Shown one piece after another: positions 52,564 through 63,851 of a DNA stretch of 64,000 bases. The translations under genes and the position numbers were made by a program. Every line of letters starts with the position of its first letter. The stretch's first letter is position 1. The stretch lies in NCBI RefSeq assembly GCF_006345805.1, contig NC_043019.1, forward strand, positions 27,961,360 to 28,025,359. The letters run 5' to 3'. The notes beneath the pieces are model-generated. The model worked only from the letters and a program-made list of their open reading frames with translations, made no database searches and had not been told where the DNA came from. Source of the stretch: Octopus sinensis (Eukaryota).

Positions 52564-53481
52564 GTACGTATACAGTTTTGTTGTTGTTTAGTCTCAGCTT
52601 AGTCTTGTTCCAACAGACATCTAGAATGTGGGTAATTGACCAAATGACTCGATATAATTCATAGATCCCTAACTCCAAATGTAGACCAAGCCTTTGCTCA
52701 GTGCCTGACTATTCACACACAAAACGGTTGGTTCTGGGTTTTCTTCCCTAAATATTTCACAGACTCTGTGATAAAGACCAGATCATTGACATATGGGAAT
52801 TCCCATGGACGGCTCGTCTTGAACTCCTCTGTTACAGCCTGGAGAACTATAATAAACAGGAGGGATATCTGAGAACAGGGTTTTTACCGAACACCTACCT
52901 ACTTACTCACTAAATTTCTCACTGAACTCATTGCCAACCCTCACTTCACTGACTGAATTCCTGTACAGGGCTTGTACCACTCTCACAAACCATTCCTTTA
53001 CACTTAAGTTTTTTTCTTCAAGACAACCAGACTTCAGATCATGGTTCCCTGTCAAAGGTCTTCTTCAGATCAACAAATGCTGGGTAGGGAGGTTTTTTTT
53101 TTTTTTTTTAGCTTAAAATTTCTCTAACACCTGTCTCACTATGGAAAAAGCATTAGTTGTATTATGATGTGGTATAAGTCTGAACTGCACCTCATCCTAA
53201 TTAATATACAGACCTGGGAACACAAGATCACAAAAAGAATGACCCAGGTTCAAGTCCCACTGGAAACAGAATTTTGGAAAGCAGTAAGAGAACCCCTAGG
53301 AATCATGACCTGGGTGGGCCCAGCTCCTGTAGTGTCAGGAATGAGAGCCAAAACACTTGTCAGATGGGAGTTCTTCCTCTGAAGATCTCTCCTGTTGTGC
53401 GCTCGTCTTGCGGCGAGTTTCTGATATTTATTTACATAGATAAATAGGTTGGCAGAGATATTTTTATGTGTGTATATATAG

Positions 53482-53744
53482 TGGAGGCGCAATGGCCCAG
53501 TGGTTAGGGCAGCGTACTCGCAGTCATAGGATCGCGGTTTCGATTCCCAGACCGAGCGTTGTGTGTTTATTGACCTAAAAGCTCCATGAGGCTCCAGCAG
53601 GGGGTGGTGATCCCTGCTGTACTCTTTCTTCTGTTGGCCTGCTCGCTTAGCCAGCAGGGTAGCGTCGTTCGAAGGCTAAAACAATGCGAACGCATTGTGA
53701 CCAGCGATGTGTAGCAACATCTGATGGTCTGGTCGGTCGCATGA
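53482..53744 (+). mobile_element. family 2 SINE in the last WASHC2 intron
   Basis: Same consensus as the 3425 and 23160 copies. Confidence 0.85.
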
Positions 53745-53853
53745 TATATATATATTAATACATGCTCTTGAAATTGGCACACACTCACACAGAGAGGATC
53801 TCTAAAAGCTGTAATTATTGACCTTTCTTTCTTTCTTTCTTTTTTAATAACAG

Positions 53854-54068
53854 ATGATATTTTTGGCGGCGACAGCTTGCTACAAGGCAGCAAGAAAGTG
53901 GACAAAACTGTTACTGTGAAGAAGGTTGAAGAGAAGACGAAAGTTGAGAAAGTTAGCTCCCCTCTATCGTCATCGCTGCTGTCATCTCAGAAGCCTACAT
54001 CCATATTTGATGATGACAACGATGACGACGACTTGTTTGATGATCCACTCAACATAAAGAAACAGTGA
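53854..54068 (+). CDS. WASHC2: WASHC2 terminal coding exon
   Basis: ttttaataacag acceptor. Encodes DDIFGGDSLLQG...SIFDDDNDDDDLFDDPLNIKKQ then TGA. The FDDPLN C-terminal motif is typical of FAM21. Confidence 0.92.
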
Positions 54069-54699
54069 CCATTTGTTGTTGATGATAATTATGAGTGATC
54101 GGTTGATTTATTGATGATCCTGTCAACAGAACTTTTAATATTGACCGTAGGTCAAGCGCTGGAAGAGGCAGGACATGTTTTTAATTGTTTAAGTTATGAA
54201 TCATGCAAATATATATAATATATTTTAAACAAAAAGATATGGCATTATTATTTTTGTATGTGCATTTTTTTCCCAAGCCTTGCCTGTTTGAGAACCCATT
54301 CTCTAATTTCAGTTGGTTGGTTGTAACCATGCAGGTGGGGGTCTGCCATCAACATCCTCACATTCTTTGTTTTGGTTCTGTTCAAGCAGTTTGTTGGTGT
54401 TTAATTAATTATTATTGCTAAGGCGAAATTGCTAGCATGTTGGACGAAATGCTTTAGCAGCAATTCTTTTGAAATTTTGATTGAAGTTTTTAATTTATAT
54501 CGTTTTAAAACATGGAGTTAGTATCACAGAACCTGGGGCTGTCCTTAGATTGGTATAAAAAAAAAAAAACAGACGTTAAATGACAAAAATAGAATTCCTG
54601 TGATGGACAGGTGTCTTGTCCAGGGACGAATATATGCCATAGAAACCATCCCTATGCTCCTTAGGGAGTATGTAGACTAACCTTTTACATTAATGGCAC

Positions 54700-55010
54700 G
54701 CATGGCATCTTGGGCAAGTGTCTTCTGCTATAGCTCCGGGCCGACTAATGCCTTGTGAGTGGATTTGGTAGACGGAAACTGAAAGAAGCCTGTCGTATAT
54801 ATGTGTGTCTGTGTTTGTCCCCCTAGCATTGCTTGACAACCGATGCTGGTGTGTTTACGTCCCCGTCACTTAGCGGTTCGGCAAAAGAGACCGATACAAT
54901 AAGTACTGGGCTTACAAAGAATAAGTCCCGGGGTCGATTTGCTCGACTAAAGGCGGTGCTCCAGCATGGCCGCAGTCAAATGACTGAAACAAGTAAAAGA
55001 GTAAAGAGAG
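54700..55010 (+). mobile_element. 5'-truncated family 1 SINE between the two stop codons
   Basis: Starts at the CORE-like block and has a near-consensus tail. Confidence 0.85.
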
Positions 55011-55937
55011 AGTCCACTTAGTTATAAAGGCAAAGCTGTTGAGTTGAGTTGAGTTGAGTTCTCCCAGTGTATGTGGTGTTCAAAAACAGTTTGTCTCACC
55101 ACCCACTGATAGATAACCCTAAACAAAAGAAGTAACTTACCTGATCATTTCTTAGATAAGTCACCAAGAAGAATCAAAAAACTACACAAAAAATTTTTGG
55201 ATCATTAAATACACACGTGTGTGTGTGTGTGTATATATAGTAGAATCCATAGAAAATGGTGGCACTCTGTAAGTGAAAATTGTTTTAAAGATTTTTTTTC
55301 TTCTTTTATAATGTTAGTCTGCTGGTGGAAGAATTTTGTAACATTTTGATAAAGTCCTTTATCAGTGAGCAAAATTCATTGTTTTCACTTACGTAAATGA
55401 ATACACTACCATAGGCAGACACAAAGCTTTTCTCTATCTCATACACACACAGTATATATGTGTATTTAAGCATTACATTTGACAGAGTAATCTAAACACT
55501 TAAGAGTTAATCAAAAATAAAATAATGAAACTTCTATTCTGAAATTTCCTTCCAACCTAAGAAATAATAATATTTCTGCTAATACATTTGAGTAGCATGT
55601 CAAGACTTATTACAAAACCACAAAATCTTGTTTGTGAGCTGAAACACAGGCATTAGATATTGTAGACCAAAGACAGTAAAAAAATTTATATATATAACAG
55701 AAACCCAAAGGATGGTGTTTAATGGATTACTTTAGTGAGAGAATGAGAAAGAAAAAAAGTACAAAAAGAAATGAAGTCCCATTTACAGTGAAGCTGTTGT
55801 ATAGTGGCAGGGGGGTTACATGTAATGCAGTTTAAAACAACAAGATGCGGACATTTAGAAATAAATTCATCACACTACAGTGGCAGATTTGACTGGCACC
55901 AGTTTGGGGGAGAAAGAACCGGACAAGGACCACATTA

Positions 55938-56127
55938 TTAGCAGCAGTCATCATGAGGATCTCTATCCTTTGGTTCAGGGGCCAATTTGATCATATCATC
56001 AATTCGAAGGATTGTAATAGCAGCCTCTGTGGCAAATTTTAATGACTTGATCTTGGAGAGAGTTGGTTCCAAGACACCAGCCTTTTTGTTGTCACGTACC
56101 GTTCCTTCATACAAATCTAAACCAATC
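55938..56127 (-). CDS. TCP1: TCP1 terminal coding exon
   Basis: tttcaattgcag acceptor. Encodes IGLDLYEGTVRDNKKAGVLEPTLSKIKSLKFATEAAITILRIDDMIKLAPEPKDRDPHDDCC then TAA TAA. Confidence 0.96.
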
Positions 56128-56994
56128 CTGCAATTGAAAAAAAAAATAAATAAACGTTCATTTTATTGAATTAAAACAAAAAAGCAAATTTGAATATAAA
56201 GAGACATAACTACCACAAAGCATTTTGTCTGTTGCTCCACTGATCCTCTCAAGCGCCCTAGGGCCAGAAACCTACAGACAAAGGTTAGCCAATCAAATCA
56301 GTTCCAGAACTTGAATAATCATAATAATTCTTTCTACTAAAGGCATAAGGCCTGGAGTTTTGCAGGAGGGGGTTAGTCGATGTAACCAACGCCAGTACTT
56401 GACTGGTACTGATTTCATTGACTCCAAATGGATAAAAGGCAAAGTGAACCTCAATGGAATTTGAACTCAGAAATTAAAAACAGGCAAGGCTGGCATAACT
56501 GTTCATGAAAGAGAAAATACAGTTGGAAGAGTGCAAATATATAAAACAAAAGCAAAGGTCCAAAATAAGACAAGAACAATATCTAACCAATCCAAATGAA
56601 AATCCATTTTTAAGTTTTGCATTAAATTGTTCCCTTCCTGAAAGTTAAGATTTCTCAAATGCTATGGTTATAAGTTTATAGAAGTTAAAGCAGCTACCTG
56701 ACAATATCTGTCTTGGTGCATGGACTAAGTTTCTGCCCAAGCACTAAGAATTTTGACATGATAAACCAATTCAAGGGCTATTTAAGTTAGTTCACTGTAA
56801 CAAGCTTCAGGAATATTTTTTTTTTTTAAATGAGGGAGATAAGAAGTCAGAAGATCCCAACATCTTTACATTCACTTTTCCACACTCACATGGGTCAGAT
56901 AGAAATGTTTGTCAAAAATGATGAGTAAATCTGGCATAATTGGATCATAAAAAATCCAAATTGCTACTCAGGTGAATGTAAGCAAAACATTCAC

Positions 56995-57650
56995 AGGTGC
57001 TCCAAAAATTTTTCAAGTCTTGTCAGACAAGTATCAAGGAAAGCCTTAATGCAAGTAGAAAAAGGACCTGGGATAATCTCACAAAAACTCAATGTTATGC
57101 ACTTCATCTAACAAACAGTGATTCTATAGAAATTAAAATGGCAGATAAGAGGGGAGGGTGCTATAATAATTATGGCCAAAGATGAATACATTTCACTTTA
57201 TGAAGAATCTTTAAGTGACAAAACTTCATATGAAGAATTACCTTTGAATTCAAACTCCAACTACAGCAAAGAATTTGAAATAATTTTGGAAATGGAAGAA
57301 AATGATTTTTATAAAATGACATTGAATCTAAAATATTGCATTCAGAACAAAGGGCCTTCCAAAAATACACAAAAATCTCCTCCATTGAGTCTAATTTGCA
57401 GCAGATTTGAATGTTATGCAGCCAAAATTTAAGAATTTTTGCTACTTCCTGTAGCAAAAACACTGAGCTCATTATTTGGGATACTTTTGATTTTGTTTCC
57501 AAAATTAACAATTCTTCTAAGCACCAAGATAGTTTCAAAAGTTTTTTTTTTGGTAACCCTGCGTGTTCCTCCACTTTACTCCAACATTGACCATGAGGAG
57601 GGTGCTAACCCTAACTATTCCATTCAACTAAAGGAAACCCCAAAAAATAA
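56995..57650 (+). mobile_element. Penelope-like element reverse-transcriptase relic
   Basis: DNLTKTQCYALHLTNSDSIEIKMADKRGG, DEYISLYEESLSDKTSY, KGLPKIHK and FLVTLRVPPLYSNIDHEEG follow the PLE RT motif order. Confidence 0.75.
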
Positions 57651-57718
57651 CAAAAGGACTGTGCCCTCCCCTTCAAACATGTGTCAGTCTTCATTAACAA
57701 GTTAAATGTAATACTTAC

Positions 57719-57882
57719 AATTTAAGGTCTCCGTGTCCTTCAATGGTCTGTGCCATGTTGTGATAGGCACGCAGTTTAGCAACCAACTCGGTAGAGTCCT
57801 GTGCAGCATTCACAGCCAATTGTTTGGGGATGACAAGCAGGGAATGTGCAAATTCTGCCATAGCTAACTGTTCACGAGAACC
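57719..57882 (-). CDS. TCP1: TCP1 exon (164 nt)
   Basis: tttcattcag ... TT|gtaagt. Encodes GSREQLAMAEFAHSLLVIPKQLAVNAAQDSTELVAKLRAYHNMAQTIEGHGDLK. Confidence 0.97.
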
Positions 57883-58573
57883 CTGAATGAAAAAGAAATT
57901 CAACTATAATATAAGGATCAACATGAGAAATTGATTCTACTAATCTGAAATATTCCCCAATTAACCTCACTTCGATTAACTCTTTTGATGTCACCCATCT
58001 GAACCAGACTTTAGTTTTCAGACAAAATTTTCTGTTTTAACCATCAAAATTTACATCAACATCATCATGTAATGTCTGTTTTCCATGCTGGCATAGGTTG
58101 GGCAGTTTGATAGGAATTGGCAAGTCTAAGACTGCACCAAACTCTGCATGGTTTCTAAAGCTGGATACCCTTCCTAATCTCTACACATATAAACAGCAAA
58201 ATGTCTGTGTGCATGTCTTTTATACAAATCCAGTTTTTCAGTCAGAGGGCTCACACTTTCTATTGTCATTCAAAACCGTCCAAGGGTAGTTGTGCACATC
58301 TTTACATTTCCCCAGTCACCCCGTAAAGCTATTAAAAATCAATAGAAGTGACTTTTTTGTGAATTTTCTATACAAAACCCAATCAAAATGCCCGAAACTT
58401 AATACGCCAATTGAATGCCAACTAGCTGTATGTGATTGGTCGAAGATTTGGACAGTACTCGCGTGTGTGCGCACGCACACAGCTGTATATGCATGCACTA
58501 GCACTATGACCCGGCAACGCTGGGTCATAGTGCTAGTTCACCATAAAAAATTTATGTACCAAGTGCTTATTAA

Positions 58574-58792
58574 CCCTTTAGTATTTAAACCAGCCATATC
58601 CGGCCAAAATAGTTAATCTGTTTTATGTTCAAACTGACCAGATCCAGGCCCTCACACCTACCCTAAAATGTTATTCTACATTAAGTAATTACACCATCAA
58701 GATCTTGAAGATATGAGATAATGCATGATTAATTCAAATCAATGGGAATCAATAAGCATTATGTTTGATTGAATAATCTGAACACTAAAGGG
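58574..58792 (+). mobile_element. TTAA-flanked MITE (piggyBac-like ends CCCTTTAG...CTAAAGGG)
   Basis: TTAA at 58570-58573 and 58793-58796. Opposite-orientation copies at 60032-60251, 62777-62992 and about 63527-63745. Confidence 0.8.
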
Positions 58793-59263
58793 TTAATAAG
58801 GACTACATTATTCAAGTAACTCCTTCCAATTTTTAAAAATTATTCTCAAAATTAAATACTTCAAGAAATACTTTTCTTTTGATTATGCACCATATCAATT
58901 ATAACCAAGATATAGACTTCTGGAGGCATTGAAATATATATAAATAGGAAACAGGCTGGCCTTAGGAGGGGCATCCAACCATAAAAACCTTGCCAAAACA
59001 AACACTGGAGCCTTATGTAGCCCTTGGCCCCATCAGTCCATGTCAAAACGTCCAACCCATGCTGCTGGCATGAAATGTGGACATTATGTAATAATGACTT
59101 CTCAAATGGTTTGTGATGCTTACAATCGTGACTTACACTCCAGCTTTATCTACGTGTACAGTAGACACAATGCAATAAAAAAATTATATAACTAAAAAGA
59201 ATATCCAAATACTTCAAAAATGAAAATCAAAAACAAAAAAAAAAAAAAAACCTTTTGACTCAC

Positions 59264-59456
59264 CAATGAAATGGCTAAATTCTCTAAATATATAGACAAT
59301 GCTGCTTCGACAGCACCACCACCTGGAACAACGGATTTAGACTCAAGCACACGCTTCACTACACAGAGGGCATCATGCATGGATCGTTCCATTTCATCGC
59401 ACATATAATCATTGGCACCACGCAAAATGATTGAGGCAGCGGTGCGTGCCTTAGGA
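59264..59456 (-). CDS. TCP1: TCP1 exon (193 nt)
   Basis: ttttatttcag ... TTG|gtgagt. Encodes PKARTAASIILRGANDYMCDEMERSMHDALCVVKRVLESKSVVPGGGAVEAALSIYLENLAISL. Confidence 0.97.
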
Positions 59457-59705
59457 CTGAAATAAAAGAGAAATTAATCTCAATCTCAGACAACAAAAAT
59501 GGGAAATAAACAATGATTAATTCAGATATACGAGTGCTTAATTGGTAAATACCAAGGAAAAGAAAAAGATAAAGCAAAATGACAGAATTCTTGGATTTAG
59601 GGAAGTCTGGAGCGACAATATTTATTGGATGTAGGGAGATTTAATTTAATTCAGGAGTGATAATATTTACTGTAGAGAGATATTTAAGAAAAAAGCAAGG
59701 CTCAC

Positions 59706-59829
59706 CCTTTAATAATTATCAGTTCATCATCACAAATACGCTCTTGGAAAACTTCTTCAGCATTTCCTAGCTGAGATGCTTCAAAAACTTCTTCCCCCTC
59801 CAGGTTTGACAGACTTGTCAATAAAGCAG
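59706..59829 (-). CDS. TCP1: TCP1 exon (124 nt), not in the ORF track
   Basis: cattgaatag ... GG|gtgagc. Encodes AALLTSLSNLEGEEVFEASQLGNAEEVFQERICDDELIIIKG. Confidence 0.95.
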
Positions 59830-60031
59830 CTATTCAATGAGAAATAATTCATTAGAAGCAAATAACACCTTAAAAATACATTGAAATTAAATGAAACTTG
59901 TTAGTTATAGATTATAAAATGAAAGAAAAAGAACTTCAAGCTAAAAAGTATTTTTTAAAATAACTGAAAAAAATTTGAGAGAAAGAGAGTAACATATCTT
60001 TGGTCTGAAAACTGAAACATATCAAGTTTAA

Positions 60032-60251
60032 CCCTTTAGTGTTCAGATTACTCTGTTAAACGTAATAATTTTTCACTCAAATTGTTTTCAATTAGTCTTT
60101 CATTATCTTATAGCTTTGAGGTTTCAATGACATGATTGTTAATTTTTAGAATGTCATTGTAGGTTAGGTGTGAGAGGCTAGAAATGGTCAGTTTGAATAT
60201 AAAACATGTAGAATATTTGGGTCGGATATGGCCGGTTTAAACACTAAAGGG
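60032..60251 (-). mobile_element. TTAA-flanked MITE, same family as 58574
   Basis: ttaa|ccctttagtg...cactaaaggg|ttaa. Confidence 0.8.
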
Positions 60252-61221
60252 TTAAAGAGGTGAAGTAGCTAAGTATGGTATTATTCTAATTGTTCAGGTT
60301 TCTGTGGGGTTTTTGGCAGTATTTCAATCTAGATTAGTTTACCTAGCTATCAAGAAGGAATAAGTACCTGATGCTATGGTGCCTTGGACCAGAGTCTTTT
60401 CAAAAAGGATATTTATCTCACAGGTTCTATATTATAAAACCAGAATGCAGAAGAAAACCACCACCACTTTTTATGCAGAGGTAGAACACATTTTCAAAGA
60501 TAAAATATCTGTATTCATAGCAGACTATTGAGGACAACAAACAGGGAACATCATGATGTTCACACCTTTCTCAAGAGTATTAGTGATGTAAATGAAATAA
60601 AACAGCTACCACGTGGGACTGCAATTAACCCAATAAAGGTGCTGTTACAATCAGCTCACACCACATTACAAAAAAGACAGAAGGACATGCTCCTGATCAG
60701 AATTTAGGACTAAACATCAAATTAGGAGGTAAAATAATATACTTGTGTATATTGAGCAATGACTGAAAGAGTACAGTTGTGAATACAAGCGACTGAAATG
60801 GGGTTCCTACAAAGGATCTTTGGAGTGTCATTACTCAGGATTACTCAGGGTGTATAGCTCTGAGATCAAGGAATTTTTCTAGGCCGAGTCACTACTCCTC
60901 CACATTGAAAGATCACAACTCTGGTACAAGACACGCAATTAGAACCATCACAGGAAAGAATTGCAAGACAGATTCTTCAAGCCAAGCCAACCAGCAGGAG
61001 AGCTAGGAAATTGACCAATAACCTGATAAGTAATATCCGTAGTTTCAGTTGATCGTGCTTGGGAATCCAACCAGAAAAATCTAATGACAATTGCTTCTGA
61101 TGGAGAAGATGCCTCAAGATTATCTCTATTGTCCTCTCGGTAACGGTGTGCAGAGAAGATGGATGGATGGAGTAAAAATATGAGAAAAACCAAAGCAGAA
61201 AATATCTTATATGCTACTCAC

Positions 61222-61397
61222 CACCTGTTGCTTTGGCAATTCTTCTTAAGTCGGCTTGTTTACAACGCCTGACAGCCATAGCTCCAGCTTCTACAAAGTA
61301 CTTAAGGCATAAATCATCAATGCCACCAGAGCTAAGAATAACATTCGCTCCAGATGATAAAACCTTTTCAATCCTTTCTTTGGTAATATCAGATTCT
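61222..61397 (-). CDS. TCP1: TCP1 exon (176 nt)
   Basis: ttttccacag ... G|gtgagt. Encodes ESDITKERIEKVLSSGANVILSSGGIDDLCLKYFVEAGAMAVRRCKQADLRRIAKATG. Confidence 0.97.
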
Positions 61398-61807
61398 CTG
61401 TGGAAAAGAGACAAATTATAGAATGACAAAAACACTTTGCTAAACTTCTATTTTTTGGAAGCCAAAAGGGTAAGACTCTACATCAGGGGGGTGAGAAACC
61501 CTTTTGATAGCAACCCACCTGAAACTGTCCCTGGTTCATTAACACAAACTTCCTGATTTAAAGTAATCTAAATTAAAAATGTCCATCAAAATTTTGTCAA
61601 GTTCCAAATGCGAAAATTAAATTACTTCATTTTTCATTATTTTCAAAATTAATTCAAACAAAGGATGAGTACTCCAACAGAAATATGGTAACTAAAAGAA
61701 TTAAATAGCATTTCTTCATTTACTACACCGACTTGGCACCAGGCAGTCTGACCAATCCAGGTGAAGAGAACATGAATAATTCTTGTCTGGAACGGTCTAT
61801 CTTAGAG

Positions 61808-61942
61808 CAAATAAAGCTATAAATAATAGCACATAAATATTGGGTCAAAAACCTTTTGAATAGCAAAAGCTACACAGACACACGATTGTCTTTTGTAATT
61901 TCTGTCTACCAAATTCCATTCATCAGGTGTTGTATCAGATGG
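61808..61942. repeat. copy 1 of a ~135-nt element duplicated in consecutive TCP1 introns
   Basis: Aligns to 63279-63410 with 8 substitutions and 2 indels by manual count. Confidence 0.9.
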
Positions 61943-62457
61943 TTCAATACATTATGTAGTCATTTTATTATTTGTTTCTCAAACAGCAGGTATCCTCAGG
62001 TATTTTTTAAGTCATTCATTTAAGTTACCATTCCATACCCTGTTCATTTTCAAATCAATCTTAAGATCTGCAGCAAAAGTTAAGCTAGGTTTCACTGAAA
62101 CATGCTAAGAATCACAATCAATCTTTGTTACATTCTGCTTTCATCAATTTCAATTTTTCAAGGTACTCCCTGTACTTCCTCCCAATGTCTTTCTTCACCA
62201 CAATTAATCCTGAAGGCAGCAACAGGAGTGGAGTATGGTTTTAATTAACGTTTGTTGGTTCACTAGATTAAATATGTTAGCACTCGTTTTACTATAAAAG
62301 TACTACCTTGAACCTTACAAAATATAAACAAAAATCAACCGACCATGCATATTAACACAATACATTGGAGACGCTAAACTGATGCTGCTACAATTATTCA
62401 CTATCAGAAGCCGGAGGGGTGGGGTTGGAGTTGTTTACCAAAAGAGTTTATAAATAC

Positions 62458-62584
62458 CTTCTTCTAATATCTTCAAGTTTGCTAGGGTCATCAATTAGAA
62501 TTTGAACCCCAAGCTTCATTTTCTCTTTCCTGAGACCAAAATCTAAGCAAGCAATTTTGGCATTGGTAATACTTTTGGGCATGG
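62458..62584 (-). CDS. TCP1: TCP1 exon (127 nt)
   Basis: ttcttccaacag ... AG|gtattt. Encodes AMPKSITNAKIACLDFGLRKEKMKLGVQILIDDPSKLEDIRRR. Confidence 0.95.
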
Positions 62585-62776
62585 CTGTTGGAAGAAAAGA
62601 AACAGGAATTAACAACGCTTTATTAAATTAGCAGACTAATTGACAGATTTTACACAAAACAGACAGACACACCATCGTCATCATCTTGACAAGTGTTTTC
62701 TATGCCAGTAGACATGAGACAAGGGAGTAAAGGACATACATAGGTCATGGTTCTGTATAATTTCTACAAAGCTTAA

Positions 62777-62992
62777 CCCTTTAGCAATCAGATTACTTTC
62801 AACTATAATGCTTATTTATTTGCACTGTTTTAAATTAATCATACATTATCTCATAGCTTTGTGACTTCCATGCTGTGACCATTTATTTTAGAATGACATT
62901 GTAAGGTAAGCGTGAAAGCCAAATCTGGCCAGTTTGGACATAAAACAGATAGAATATTCAGGCCAGATATGGCCGGTTTAAGTGCTAATGGG
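62777..62992 (-). mobile_element. TTAA-flanked MITE, same family as 58574
   Basis: ttaa|ccctttagc...gctaatggg|ttaa. Confidence 0.75.
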
Positions 62993-63278
62993 TTAAAGCA
63001 CTCCCTGCTAGTATATATTACTATTATTGTTATTAATAATAATAATTATTATAAAATATTTCATTTGTCAATAGCTGTATACCATTTTTTGGGAGGATGG
63101 GCATATGGTGTATGTAAGGTGATACTGTTGAATGTCTAAACTTGAGAAGATTGACCCTTTGTCTGAGAAAGAGACGGACAGAGCTGTAAAGAAATCCCTC
63201 CCTTTCTTAAATGAGCCGACAACTCGGATTCCTTTTCTCTTCACAACACACAAAGTTATCCAAGCTCATATCTCTGTA

Positions 63279-63410
63279 CAAATAAAGCTATAATAGCACA
63301 TAAAATATTGGGTCAAAAACCCTTTGAATAGAAAAAGGTACACAGACACATAATTGTCTTTTGTAATTTCTGGCTACAAAATTCCATTCATCAGGTTTTG
63401 TATCAGATGG
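63279..63410. repeat. copy 2 of the duplicated TCP1 intronic element
   Basis: See 61808-61942. Same orientation. Confidence 0.9.
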
Positions 63411-63851
63411 ATGAAACCTAGACTAGGGTAGAAGCCACTTGACCATGCTACCATGCAGAGTGATCCAACTCAAAACCATGTGACTGTGAATGAAATCCTT
63501 CACCACACAGCTAACAAATTTACATCAACCCTTAAGCATTCAAATCATTCTGTCAAATGCAATGCTTGCTTATTCACATTGTTTGGAATTAATCATGTAT
63601 TCTCTCATAGCTTCATGGTTTTGATGAAGTAATTGTTTATGCTTAGAATGCCTTTGTAGGGTAGGTGTGAGAGGCTGGATCTGGCCTTTTTTTTAACATA
63701 ATGCAGGTAGAGTATTTGAGCTAAATATGGCCAGTTTAAATATGTAAGCACACATTATCTCCTATTCAATACTTCAACAGTGAAGGAGAGGAAATGGTTT
63801 TAAGAGAGGAGAAGTAAATTTTGAGACCAGTAAAACCAAGAACCAACTCAC

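Noticed and set aside
56127-57720. TCP1 Leu (TT|G across the intron) where many animals have Trp (LKW)
   Set aside because: A single substitution that cannot be restored by A-to-I editing, at a position that varies in other eukaryotes.
62180-62300. Hairpins ending in ACAUUG in a TCP1 intron
   Set aside because: No well-placed H box or bipartite pocket, and too weak to call a snoRNA.
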